DNA of 64,000 bases from Octopus sinensis. Taxonomy: Eukaryota. Of the stretch, positions 12,203 to 25,699 are shown in pieces. Each line of letters opens with the position of its first letter. The stretch's first letter is position 1. A program made the position numbers and the translations under genes. Under the pieces are notes generated by a model that saw only the letters and a program-made list of their open reading frames with translations, searched no databases and was not told the origin of the DNA. The stretch lies in contig NC_042998.1 in the NCBI RefSeq assembly GCF_006345805.1, positions 146,320,001-146,384,000 of the forward strand, written 5' to 3'.

Positions 12203-13219
12203 AAAATCAACATGTATCATCTTACTGTTCCTTTTGTCTCTTCATTGATTGTATGCTTTATCATTTTTAAAAATTTGTTATATTAATATATTTGCCTGCA
12301 TGTGTTTACTTTATGCGTACTTCAGTATTATGTATACCTGTCATGTATTTATGTACATCATTAATATATAAGTGCATGTATGTGTGCTGTGTGTGTGCGT
12401 GCGCGCGCGCACGAAAAGGTGGCATCTGTCTCCAAAAACTCCTAAGTTGATTAACGTTTTCATGCTTGGATTTGTAAACTACGATAAGAATAACACTGGT
12501 CAACAAAGAATTTGTCCCAAGGAAAAGAATACTTGTATTTCATATGTTTTTGCATGCAGAATTCAAAAATAATGTCAAATCATCTGTATCATCCACAGTT
12601 TCTCTGTTTCATGATATCCATCTCAGTTCCTGTTACGTGGGCTAAATTTCAGTTAAGCCGTTGCAATGTGAAGCCACCGGTTTCAGATATACTCCTAATT
12701 TAAATCTTTATGAATAGAATTAGCCTAGTGAAATCATAAATGCAGCTGAGACCCAAAATGAAATGAAAAATATGTAAAAATACTAACTCACAGAAAAAGC
12801 ACAGAAAGATACTAACACAGAAGCACAGAAAAATATGTAATATACTAACATATAGACAAATTAAAACAAAACACGCGGGCGAAAAGAATCTCGTGGCGTG
12901 AAGAATCAAATGTGAAAAATCAACATAGATAACAGTGGTACAGACAACAGTGAACCACAACACATCGTGCAGTTGTCATTGTAACAAGCTACTAATGCCA
13001 CGTTGTCTGTTGATTGGCTAAAATTACTCAAATTTCCCAAATTTAATTCCAAATAACATCAGATTCTTTAATTAACGAGATAAAGTAATTGGTTGATCGA
13101 AATCAAAATTCAGAGTTGCATCGATACACCAAAATTGAAAGCAATCTGAGCAAAATTAAGTGGGGCCCATTTTGCGAGTGAGGAACACTAGATCCCTACT
13201 GCGGAATACTCAGCTACTT

Positions 13220-13322
13220 TTATGTTAGTCCAGGCGCAGGTAATTCAGTTTTCGAACAACTAAAATCCTCCTCATCAAACAGCGGAGATTCATCACTATC
13301 AGCATCAATATTTTCGTTGAAG
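13220..13322 (-). CDS. Candidate terminal coding exon (FNENIDADSDESPLFDEEDFSCSKTELPAPGLT*), unknown gene
   Basis: Acceptor TTTGTTTTAAAG, open acidic frame to TAA; no homology recognised. Confidence 0.3.
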
Positions 13323-14179
13323 CTTTAAAACAAATTAAATATCTCACACCCACCCAACACACACCCACCCAGCACACACCCAACACACACAGACAGACAG
13401 ACAGACAGACAGACACACACACACACACACACACACCACACCACACACCACACACACACACACCACACACACCACACACACACACAACCACTAACGTGGG
13501 TTATAATGTATTTACAAGTAAAAACTGAATTAAAATTACTTAGTGAAAGGCCGCAGTTAGATATGAATCAAAAACCAAAACGAAAATAATGTCAGATGTC
13601 CCCACTGTCTTGTGAAAGTCGAAACTGATGTTACAAAAACTGTGAAAATGTCATTCCTATTTCCTTTTTCTGGAGGAGTGTCCAATAAAGTCACTAGCTT
13701 TTTTTTTTTTGCTGTGTCACGTGAATTCCATATCCCGTGATGCTATCGCGTAATTTGTTTGTGCTTACGTCAGTTGTGCTGCTTAAGTCAGTTTTTCCGA
13801 ATATTTTATTCTACTTTATCCGCCAGTATACTCTTCAGTCTGCTTTTCCACTGGAAGGATCGATTCACGAGATTATTGTTGCTATTATTGTCTATTCCCA
13901 CCCACTCACCTACCCACCTAAGTTAGTCCTGATCGAGCAGATCTATGATCAGAGGTATTCCAATGGTGAGTATCCTCTTTTCCCATGAGCATGATGTCTG
14001 CAGGAGATTAATGATGGAAGTAGATAAAGCTACAAATAGTAGCGTGGTTCCGAGTACCACGGGTAGTCTTCGATCTTTTTCATCCAAGGGTCTTTTTTTT
14101 TTTACCAAATGTTTATACTATTAGATAAAGATGTGAAAAAAGATGTTATTTATAACTTTACCTATTTCGAGTTCCATCG

Positions 14180-14226
<47 letters not shown>

Positions 14227-14231
<5 letters not shown>

Positions 14232-14436
14232 ATCCAAAATGAAAACACAAAAAGAAAACACAACAACGCGAGGACGTGGAACAAGTATAGTGTTATTGGA
14301 CGCTCAGGAAAGGAAAGAAAGAAGGAGGATTTAACGTTTCGAGCGGAGCTCTTCGTCAGAAACATAGGAAAAGGAAAGATCCAAGGAAGGGAAGACGGAG
14401 GAAAAAAAATCGCCAACGATACACACGCGGTCACAT
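14227..14436 (-). mobile_element. Short (TA)n-embedded repeat (family P) carrying a hammerhead; probable Penelope 3' end
   Basis: Closely similar to 38271-38475; (TA)n-type flanks. Confidence 0.75.
14330..14362 (-). ncRNA. Minimal hammerhead motif, CUGACGA core
   Basis: TTT-CTGACGA-A GAG CTCCG CTC-GAA-ACGT-T-AAA; palindromic stem III; GUU site. Confidence 0.65.
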
Positions 14437-15020
14437 ATTGAATATATATATGAATTTTATGCATAATTCCTGAGAGTCTACGTTCGATTATATCAGTATA
14501 ATGATACCTCAGGAATCTTAGTTGCATATATTATACAATATAGCAATAACCTTGAGACCGAATATCGATGAAACAATTGTAAAGTTATGTAATAAAACAA
14601 TTTGCTCACTCCATTTTCCTTGTGAATAATTATGTAAGCTCTACGGATATTTGTGGATTTTCATAAGTTTGATCTGTAAAACGATAAGCCACCGATTTTA
14701 AGTATTGTCTGATAGCCTGTACACGTTGATGAGCATAATAAAGTAAATTCCAGGGTTAACACTCGGATGAAATTTACACACACAAACACACACACATAAT
14801 CAAGTAAAGGTAATAAACTTCATAAAGGGATCATAAATCCAGTGAAAGTACTGTAAGGTAACCATTTAAAACGTGGTTCATATATTTATATATTTAAAGA
14901 ATAAGGAGAACGTAGACTCTTAGGAGTTATGCATAAAATTCATATGCATATATATATTCATGTGTGTGTGTGTGTGGTGTGTGTGTGTGTGTGTGTGTGT
15001 GAGTGTGGCGTGCGCGCGTG

Positions 15021-15091
<71 letters not shown>

Positions 15092-15161
15092 TTAGAAGGC
15101 AAAGTTTTATAGTAACATGGAATTTTCGGAATTTTCGGCTTACTTGCCTTCGTGTCAAACA

Positions 15162-15195
15162 GTCTGACGAGGTCAAGCCGAAACTTCGAAGTCAC
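15162..15195 (+). ncRNA. Minimal hammerhead motif, canonical core, weak stem I
   Basis: GT-CTGACGA-GG TCAAG CC-GAA-ACT TCGA AGT-C-AC; all core residues canonical but stem I is only 2 bp. Confidence 0.55.
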
Positions 15196-15373
15196 GATCA
15201 ACATTTTCCTTCTAAAAGTTTATTAAACACGCATTGAAAAAGTAGTGAGTAATCCTTCAATTTAATGTTAAATTGTTTTTATTTATAACTTGACATAAAA
15301 CGCGCTCGCGCATACACAGACACACACGTTGGGAACAAACTAACAAACACAAAGTCAAACACACAGCCTTATG

Positions 15374-16521
15374 TAAAGTGTTTGGGATAAATTTGACGAC
15401 TTTTATATCTCCTAACTTTTAATAACAGCTTGATGCATTGGTGAACAGTTAACGGCGTTGGAAAGCATAAGGATTAAAGTTGTTGTTGAGAAAAAGTTAG
15501 CTGACATGGAAGACTGGAAGCTACTTGAACAATGGAAAAGAGTTACTTGTGTCGTGATGATTCGAGCTGATATCAAAATGGTATCAAAAGCAGCACTATG
15601 ACTGCTGCTTAGTGCTCTGTGATCACTGTAAAGGCTGTAAGACATGACATGGACATCATGAAAGCCAAGTCTCCCCCAAACTGTGATGCTCTTTGGGTGT
15701 CTCTCCAGGGAGGGTGACGTCATGCCGCCCCACATCTTTGAACAGGGCCTTCGACTCAGTTCAGATGGGTATATGAAGCTGCTGGAGACTGTGGTCAAAC
15801 TCTAGCTGGATACAGTTGCTGTAAGAAGACCCTATGTGTGGCGGCAGGATTCGGCTCCTTCAGAGTTGCATCGATACACCAAAATTGAAAGCAATCTGAG
15901 CAAAATTAAGTGGGGCCCATTTTGCGAGTGAGGAACACTAGATCCCTACTGCGGAATACTCAGCTACTTTTATGTTAGTCCAGGCGCAGGTAATTCAGTT
16001 TTCGAACAACTAAAATCCTCCTCATCAAACAGCGGAGATTCATCACTATCAGCATCAATATTTTCGTTGAAGCTTTAAAACAAATTAAATATCTCACACC
16101 CACCCAACACACACCCACCCAAAAGAGTCAGATGTGGTTGTCGGAGAATGTCAATGGCTTCACCAGCCCCAATTTCTGGCCTCCTAATTCCTCTGATTGA
16201 AATCCCATGGATAACTATGTGTGGAGTGCAGTTAAGAAAGATACCAACCGCTCTGCCTGCAACACCAAGCCGAGCTGATGGCCAAGATCAAGGAGGCGTT
16301 CGAAGATCTTCCCGGGGATACAGTGAAGAACGTATGCCCCGGTTACCGGAGCCGTCATGAGGCTGTGGTGGAAGCTGAGAGCGGCTACTTTGATTAAGCT
16401 ATTATCTCCTAGCCATAATCTAGTTGATATCTTTTGAAATTTTACTGTACTTTATTTTTGGATGGGCTATTTGGTTTCTTTTTCTTTTACGCAAGCTGTC
16501 AAATTTAGCCCGAACACTCTG
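15374..16521 (+). mobile_element. maT-family (Tc1/mariner, DD37D) transposon, internally deleted, with a 263-bp insertion
   Basis: Imperfect TIRs (TAAAGTGTTTGGGATAAATTTGAC / GTCAAATTTAGCCCGAACACTCTG-TA); transposase pieces VMLFG..GDVMPPHIF, WRQDSAP, WPPNS..NPMD.YVWSAV. Confidence 0.85.
15859..16121 (+). repeat. Apparently identical 263-bp copy of 13109-13371
   Basis: Base-by-base comparison, offset 2750 bp, no differences seen. Confidence 0.9.
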
Positions 16522-17534
16522 TATATATACTTGTATATACGAAGGGTTTCCACACAGTTTTTGTCTTCCAAATTCATTCACAAGGCATTGGTCTGCCCGG
16601 ACTATACTAGAAGGCACTTACTCAAAGTGCCGTGCCCACTGGAATCTTATCCTTGTTCGTCTTTCCTACTTGTGTTGACATGCAATAGCTTAAATGGAAC
16701 ATTAACGACATCACACTCACCAACCTCGAACACCTAAATAGGTCATGGGCCCTGCCCCTATCTCCAGAAAACAAAAAAACAAAAACAAAATGTTACCACT
16801 CGAGTGAGTCAATATAATAAACTGCGAACTAATCTACGCCATTATTTCTGTGTGGAGATCCTCCCGTCTGACACTGATGCTACAATAGCTGTGAAATGTT
16901 TTCTATTTCCTTTTTTATTCTATAGGAGTGTCATTAAAATCGTCAATAGTTTCTGTTTTTCCTTCTTCGCATGATCTTTTACGTCTCATGATACTATTGC
17001 ATGGTTGCACTTACTGTGACAACGAACTACTTACTAGGCCGGTGTTTCTTTTCCCTTCATATTATTTCGCCCAACCCATATTGGAGGTACATGTTGATCA
17101 CTAGCCGAACAACACAGGTCTACCACACATAAAAAAGATGCGCGACGTAAGTGCTCACTGACAGAACGTTGACTGCAAAAAATAAACTCCACTATTTTTT
17201 CTCTATATATGTTTCGTGTCTAAGAACTTTATTTTAGTTATTAGTAATTCCTTTCATCATTAAAAAAAATTGTCATCTGGTTAATAGTTTCCAATTTAAA
17301 CACAAGGTCAGCAATTTTGAGCGAGGGGGGACTGTATTTTATCAATAATAATGGTTATAACGGTTTCAGATTTCAGTATAAAGCCTACAAGTTTGAGAGA
17401 GGGTTTAGTCCATATTTTAGTTTAGCAACATTGAAAGGCTGAAAAGCAAAGAAGACCCAGGTAGAATTTGAACCCAGAGCGTAAAAACGAAAAGAAATAC
17501 CGCGAAGTTTTCTGTTTTTATTATTAAGAGTCGC

Positions 17535-17933
17535 TGGCGGCGGGCTGGCAGAAACGTTAGCAGGCCGGGCGAAATGCGTAGCCGTATTTCGTCTGCCGTA
17601 ACGTTCTGAGTTCAAATTCCGCCGAGGTCGACTTTGCCTTTCATCCTTTCGGGGTCGACAAATTAAGTACCAGTCACGCACTAGAGTCGATATAACCGAT
17701 TTAATCCGTTTGTCTGTCCTTGTTTGTCCTCTCTGTGTTTAGTCCCTTGTGGGTAGTAAAGAAATAGGTATTTCGTCCGTCTTTACGTTCTGAGTTCAGA
17801 TTATGCCGAGGTCGACTTTGCTTTTCATCCTTTCAAGGTCGATAAAGTAAGTACTAGCTCAGCACTGGAGTCGATATAATCAACTAGCCCTCCCCCCACC
17901 AAATTTCAGGCCTTGTACCTATAATAGAAAGGA
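17535..17933 (+). mobile_element. SINE family A, head plus two body units, with TSD
   Basis: 14-bp direct repeat TTATTAAGAGTCGC at 17521-17534 and 17934-17947. Confidence 0.9.
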
Positions 17934-17984
17934 TTATTAAGAGTCGCGAAAATGTTTCGTAATATGCTGCTCTTTATATTTCGT

Positions 17985-19230
17985 GTTCAAATCCCGCCAA
18001 GGTCAATTTTTGCCTTTCATCTCTTCAAAATCGAAAAAATTAACCGCATCAATGATGACGACTAACCCCCTCCCCTCAAAACTCTCTGGCCTTCTGCTTA
18101 AATCAGAAGCAATAATATTGTATAAGAACAAGACTAACACAGTTTTGAGGGGAGGGGTTAGTCGATAGCCATCGTTTCCAGTACGTGACTAGCACAATCT
18201 TTTAATCACCCTAGAGGGATGCAATGCAAAGTTGACCTCGGCTGGCTTTAATCCAGAACGTAAAATGCTGGGAAGAAATATTGCAAACTATATTTTCCGG
18301 CGTGCGAATGAGTCTGCCAAATTGTTTCTCATATAGGGAAATGAAATTTGGAGGAAAGAGCTAGTCGATTACACTTTATTTTATCGTTCTCGAGAGGATG
18401 AAAGGCAAAGTTAACCACGGTGGGATTTGAACTTAGAACCGGAATAAATATTGCAAAGCATCATTTCTCCGATGCTCTAACAGTTCTGCTACATAACAAT
18501 AGTTTCAAATTTTGGCACAAAGGCAGCAGTTTGTAGTGGGGAGAGATAATTCGAATACTAGTGCTCAACTGGTATTTTATTTGATCGACCCAGAAAGGAT
18601 GAAAGATACAGTTGACCTCGGTGGCATATGAACTTAGAACGTAAAGAGCCGGTAAGAAACACTGTTAAACATTTTATCCGGCGTGTTAACGATTGTACCA
18701 GCTCGCTGCTTTATTCTCTAAAAAGAAAAAAATAAAGTTCCATAATACAAATTCATTTCAATAAATAAAATTATCCAAAATGAACTCCTTAAGCATTTAC
18801 ATTTTAAGAAAAGAAATTAAATATGGTGAGTTATGGTTCGTTGAGAGTTGAAGAAGTCTTTGTAGATATGAGTCTTGACTGTTGGACTCCATGGGTGGGA
18901 AATGAACTCAACTGGTGCATTCACTACATTGAAACTTATTCAGTAAGTGAATGCACTGAGCGTCTTTCTTTCCTTATTGAAAAGCTTAATCACGAAATTA
19001 ATAATTACAAACTAATTAATAACTGAAAGCGGCGAACTGGCAGAATTGTGAGCACGTCAGGCAACATGCTTAGCGACAGTTTTACATGTTTTTTACGTTC
19101 TGTGTTCAAATTCCGCCAAGGTTGCCTCTGCCATTCATCCTTTTGGAGTCGATTAAATAAAGTACTAGTCAATTAGAGGGGGCGATGTAGTCGACTTGCT
19201 CCCTCCTCTCAAAATTGCTGGCCTTAAACA
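17985..19230. mobile_element. Cluster of about 5 diverged family A SINE copies in both orientations
   Basis: Recurrent GGATGAAAGGCAAAGTTGACC / GCCTTTCATC cores near 18010, 18230, 18400, 18600 and 19130. Confidence 0.7.
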
Positions 19231-19309
19231 CTGCGACTAGCATCACTTATACGCCATGGAAACTGGGTTACTGGCTTTGAGTCCTTGGGCTGGAGAAAAA
19301 AAAATTAAT

Positions 19310-19600
19310 CGGCTCAGACATGTCAGTGTGGTCAAGACGGTAGCTTTGCAACTGTGTGATTTTGCGGTACTTTGGGCAATTCCTCGTGAGTGAATCTTGT
19401 AGACGGAAACTCTGTAGAAGCCGTTGTATATATGTTTGTGTTTGTGTGTCCACCCCCACCGTGTGATAATCGGTGTTGGTTTGTAATTAGCGGTTCGGCA
19501 AAAGACACCGATAGAATAAGTACCAAATTTAAGTACTGGAATCAATTTATTCAAAGGCAGTACACCAGTATGGTCGCAGCGGAATAAGTGAAACAAGCAA
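19310..19600 (+). mobile_element. CORE-SINE family B, diverged
   Basis: Head, truncated CORE segment and CCGATAGAATAAGTACC tail segment. Confidence 0.7.
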
Positions 19601-19859
19601 AAAGTATAAGAATTAAGAGTAGAGCATTAATCGTAGAAAAAGGAATATAACGAGGTTGCACTCTCTTTCCCCTCTTTATCTATATATTGGCATTATCCAG
19701 CATAAGCAGGTTTCCACATGTGTATCACCCGCCAGACTAAAACATGTCATAGCGTGTTTTCTGTTGATATACAATTACTGACACTTCACTAGCATCCAAG
19801 AAAGATCTCTCATCTCCTCCCCTCTCCCTACCTCCCCTTATCTCTCACTCCCTCTCTCT

Positions 19860-20567
19860 CTATATATATAATTAATTCGAAAAACAGAAAACAAACGGGG
19901 GAGTAAAAAACAAAAAAAAAACCAAACAAACGTGAGGACAAGCAAAGTATTAATATGACGCTCGGAGAAGGAAAAAGGTAGTTGTTTTACGTTTCGAGCA
20001 TAGCGCTTCTTCGGAAACAGGAAAAACAGGAAAGTCCAAAGGGAAAAGAAGGAAGGAAAAAATCGCCAATAATCCACGTACGGTTACATTTTTGAAGTTA
20101 CCAGAAGTAGAGCAAGGAAAAAAATGCTTTCTGGGACAGGAGAGTGTGAAGATGGTCGGTATGTGTGTGTGTATGGTGGCGTGTGTGTGTGTATGTGTGT
20201 GTGCGATAGCGTTTGCATGTATGGTAGCATGTGTGTGTGGAAGTAACTCCGTGTGTGTGCGTGCGTGCGTGGTAGCGTGTGTGTATATGCGGTGTGTGGT
20301 ATTAACTGTGTGTGTGTATGGTAGCATGCGTGTATGTGTGATAGCATGTGTGTGTGCGCGTGGTATTAAGTGTGTGTGTGCATCCTATCCCAGAAAGCAC
20401 TTTGTCCTTGTCTTCCTGCTTCCAGTTACTTCAAAAATGTAATCGCACGTGGATCATTGGCGATATTTTCCTTCCTTCTTTTCCTTAGTTGAAGGTAGTG
20501 ATATAGAGATGGACAGTTAGAAATAATTTGAGTAGAGGAGTATGGTTCTGATGGTGAGGTTAAAGAA

Positions 20568-20635
<68 letters not shown>

Positions 20636-20640
20636 AAGAA

Positions 20641-20673
<33 letters not shown>

Positions 20674-22025
20674 TGGTGGTGGTGGATGTGGTCTTGATTG
20701 GATAGTGAAAAGTCTTTTTTTCTTTTTATTGAACTAAGTTTTTCATATCACCTGTGTGTGTGTGTATGATAGCGTGTGTCTGTGTGCGTGTGCGCGGTAG
20801 CATATGTGCATGTGGTGGTAATTGTGTGTGTAATATCGTAATAAGAAATCAGCAGCTATAGCGACAGATGTATGTATGGGTGGCTGTGGCAGTGTGTGTG
20901 TGCACGTGCGTCTTTGTGTGTGTATATATGTGCATTTTAGCACGTGTGTATAGATGAAATGTCAATAGTGAGTCCAGACAGTCTGAAGGGTGTGTGAGAG
21001 GCAGTCTAAAGCATCCTGAAGGGTATGTGAATGGGTGGATGTGCATTCGTGCGCGCACGCGCGCATGTGTGTATGTGTGTGCGTGCCTGAAAGGGAGAAA
21101 AGTGTGGGTACATTGTCTGAACGCTGTGTGAATGGGTGAGGGTGGCTGTGTATGTGTGTGTGTTAGCATATGTACGTTGAAGGAGTGGGGATGTGTATGT
21201 GTGTGCACGTGTATGGGTGTATGTGAGTGCGTGTCTATCCTCCGCACAACTCACACACATGCATACATACACACACGCACATACATCCAGACAATCACAC
21301 ACACAACACACAACGCACACATATACACACATGCGTACACACACACACACACACCCACCCATATATATATACTGAGAGAGGGAGCAACAGAGTGACACAC
21401 AGAGATAGGTAGACACAGATACACACACACACAGCCACCCTCACCCATCACACACCGTTGAGACGACGCACTCACTTTCCCTTTCACGTACGGACATGCA
21501 CACATGCATGCACAAATACACGCACACACACATCCACCCATTCACACACCCTTCAGATTGCCTCTCATACATTCGTTGAACTGCCCCGACTCACTATTGA
21601 CCATTCCATCTACGCACACGTGCTAAAATACACATACACACACTGCCACACCCACCTATACAAACATGTCACTATAGCTGCTGATCACTCACTACGATAT
21701 TACACACACATGTAACCACGATACGCACACGTGCTACTAGGTATACACACATACACTCAGTTACTGCCACACACACACACACACGGTACCATACACACAT
21801 GCTATCACACAAACAAACAAATCCCACCACATACGCGCGCATGCACGCACACAAAAGATACCAACCATTCTTCACAATCTCCTGTCCCAAAAAGCACTTT
21901 CTCTTTGTCCTTCTACTTCCGGTCATTTCAAAAATGTATCTACACGTGGACTGTTGGCTACTTTTTTCCTCCTTCTTTCCTTTGGACTTTCCTGTGTTTC
22001 CTGTTTCCGAAGAATAGCTATGCTC
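19860..22025. mobile_element. Two diverged family P-related elements in divergent inverted arrangement, plus a partial third copy
   Basis: 20750-21170 is the reverse complement of ~21420-21720, and 19985-20150 of ~21860-22025; decayed hammerhead at 19986-20017 (-); partial copy at 20385-20490. Confidence 0.6.
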
Positions 22026-22107
22026 GGGCAAGTGTCTTCTACTATAGCCTTGGACCGACCAAAGCCTTGAAGTGGATTTGGTAGAGGGAAACTGAAAGAA
22101 AACCGTC

Positions 22108-22158
<51 letters not shown>

Positions 22159-22959
22159 ATATATATAGATATATATATATATATATTATATATATGTGTG
22201 TGTGTGTATGTGTGTGTGTGTGTGTGGTGTGTGTGAGTGTATGTGTGTGTATTGTTTGTTCGCCCCACCATTGCTCGACAACTCGACTAAAGCCGCAGTC
22301 AAATGACGGAAACAAATAAAAGAATATATGTGTATATATATATATAATATATATATTATTATTATATATATATATATATATTATATATATATATGTATAT
22401 ATGTATATATTTATGTATTTATGTATATATATATTATATATATATATAATATACACACATGCATATATGGGTACAAGATATCACTAACAGTAAACAACAT
22501 GAGGTACGAAAATAAATACCCAAACAAGAGAAACAAATGGAAAACAGGACAAGTAACATAAAGAACGACGCATCATCAGTGGTTGGCTGTCTATCTACTC
22601 CTCATTTCGAGCATTGATAGACAATATGAGTCATCGAAGACAGTTGCTCCCATAAGTACCAAAATTAAATTTTAGATTTATGGAGGGACAAAGTTGGGAA
22701 CAAAAACAGGACAGTGGAGACATACGAGAAACCGAACGAAAATAAACATCACCAGAACGAGCGTAAAATAACGAAAGCTGGAGAAATATTTTCTTTGACA
22801 AGCGAAAAGATAGGAGAGATAGGATACGTGCTGTCCTTAGCTCAGTCCTGAAAGAAAAGAAAGTGGTAGTGTTTGTATTGGTCTATCACGTGAGCAAGAG
22901 AAAGATGGACGATGGTCATATGTGAGCAACGAGAGAGAGAGAGAGAGAAACGGAGAAAG

Positions 22960-23007
<48 letters not shown>

Positions 23008-23180
23008 TAGAAAACGGTAAATAGGGAGAAAAAAGGAGAATTAGAGAAAGGATGAGAAAGGATGAGAAAGAAAGTAGTATAGAATAGAGTCGCATCAAAG
23101 ATTAAGATAAACTTACTTGGAAATGGATGCGTGGCTTTCAATTAAATAACAATATAAATAATATATATATATATATATAT

Positions 23181-23218
<38 letters not shown>

Positions 23219-23303
23219 TGTGTGTGTGTGTGATGTATGTATGTATGTATGTATGTATGTATATACATACACACTCATAACACATATATATACATATATA
23301 TGG

Positions 23304-23385
<82 letters not shown>

Positions 23386-24084
23386 ATATATATATATTTC
23401 TCCATATCATTTGTCTCTTCTTCGCCCTAAATTATACTTTATTTTTATGCGCTGATAATTTCTGCCTTTTCTCCATGTTACTACGACAATTATCCACGAT
23501 AATTTGCCCAAACTTCGCCATCTTGAAGTCTGTTTCTTTAGTAAACTTCCGCCTTGTCCGCCCTTGAAACTCAAAATCCTCTTCTGGTCAATCTATACTT
23601 AAAAGGACACCCCATGTGCTCTTACTCTTTCATCTAGCTGCGAGCAATGCCAGGATATAGATAAGCTAAAAAAAAAATTTTCTGCTGTTTGTTTACATCG
23701 TCTTCCCAAAAATATCCCCTTATTATCATGTGCTGACAATTTCTCCCCTTCTCCATATCACTTTGTCTGTTCTTCGCCCTAAATTATACTTCATTTTTAT
23801 GCGCTGATAATTTCTCCAACTTCGCGCGCATTCGCCGTGCACCCGCCCTTGCCCACCCCCACCACCAATACCGGATATCTCTATATTTTGCTCCATCTAT
23901 ACCGGATATCTCTTCTCCCACCACCATTATGGTGTCTAATCCTCGAACCCCCCTCTTCAATACGCTATTTCACCATATATTACCCCTCGTGATATCCTAC
24001 GTTCTACTTGCCTAGAACCTGTCATCGTTTCTCCGTACCCCCCCCCCCCCCACTGGTGCTCCCCTATATTACTGCACCCTCCCC

Positions 24085-24387
24085 CATCCCCCGATGCCAG
24101 CACCGCCTTGACTGGCTTCTGTGCCGGTAGCACAAAAAAAAAAAAAAAGCACCAACTGATCGTGGCCGGTGCCAGAGCCCTCTGGCACCTGTGCAGGTGG
24201 CACGTAAAAAGCACCCACTACACTCGCGGAGTGGTTGGCGTTAGGAAGGGCATCCGGCTGTAGAAACACTGCCAGACCAGACTGGAGCCTGGGGCAGCCC
24301 CTGGCTCCCCAGACCCCGGTCGAACCGTCCAACCCGTGCTAGCGCGGAAAACGGACGTTAAACGATGATGATGATGATGATGATGAT
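24085..24387 (+). mobile_element. RTE-type LINE 3' UTR with (GAT)n tail
   Basis: Homologous to the 3' UTR contiguous with the RT at 50260-50800; ends AAACGATGATGATG. Confidence 0.8.
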
Positions 24388-24502
24388 ATATAGTTATAGT
24401 TATCGCCATACTAATATGGCATTCTTAGAGAGACTTAGTAATTTTAATATTTCTATTATATATATATATATATATATATATACATACACATACATATATA
24501 TA

Positions 24503-24552
<50 letters not shown>

Positions 24553-24631
24553 GTGTATGTATGTGTATTTGAGTATGTACCAGTCAATTGTGGTGGAACA
24601 AGTTACAATATGTCTGTCACTCAACAAAACT

Positions 24632-25232
24632 GAACGAGTCTAGACTTGTGTTTATGAATAGAGAACAAGTTTTGACATACAAGGGACATGAAAAGTGGTG
24701 ATGGGAAGAGGAAATAATGGATACTGATGAAAGAGAGGGAAGACTGGTAGTGTTTGTATTGGTCTATCACTTGTATTGTTGTTGTAAGCGTGGTTATAGT
24801 GAATACGGTGGGCCACTGGGATCACTGTTTTATATATTATAACGGATTTTATACGAAGCAACCCTAAAAATAAAAAGGACGTACTGTGCTATGTAGTCTT
24901 AGCTAGATTATGTGAAAAGATGGGAGGGTCACGGTTAGTGTGTTTTTAACGCTAGATTTTCTTGATCATGGTTGACCTGGGCTAACAACATTAACAACAA
25001 TGAATTTTCAACAAAGGCTCATTGATAGACGAGTGGTGGATACATTTTAGGCGATCGTAAGCGTGTATATACTTATATATATAAATACACACGCACAACA
25101 CATTTAATCGCCCTCTTACTACTGCAGCTTTTCCCATCTGTATGCATTAGCTCCTCCCACTACCACCACTTCTTGTGTCACTTTCATGACAAGACTTGTT
25201 CTATATTCAGAAACACAAGTCTAGACTTGTTC
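24632..25232. mobile_element. MITE-like fold-back element
   Basis: Inverted arms GAACGAGTCTAGACTTGTGTTTATGAATAGAGAACAAG (24632-24680) and 25185-25232. Confidence 0.6.
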
Positions 25233-25567
25233 TGCTTCGTGAAACACGAGTTGTAACTTGTTTGCGGCAACTGATATATATCTATGTATCTTTTATCTGT
25301 TATCTTTTACTTGTTTCAATCATTTGACTGCGGCCATACAGGAGCATTGCCTAGAAGGATTCCAATCGAACAAATCGACCCAGGACCTACTCTTTTCTTC
25401 TAAGCCTGATACTTATTCTATTGGTGACTTTGCCGAACTATTATGTGACGGGGACGTAAATGTACCAACACCGATTATCAGGCAGTGGTAGGGGCAGACA
25501 GACACACACACACATACGTTTATGTGTGTGTTTATTTGGCAAAAAAATAGGCCATCCTGAAATACAG

Positions 25568-25614
<47 letters not shown>

Positions 25615-25699
25615 CGCGCGCGCGCCCATACACACGCGCGCACGCGCACAGACAAAGCACAATTGCATCACTTTGATGACAACCAAAAGGCTCTGGGAG

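Noticed and set aside
13920-13990. Plus-strand exon ending AATG|GTGAGT
   Set aside because: Sequence belongs to a dispersed SINE-like family also seen near 24900-25000, 26900-27060 and 53960-54140
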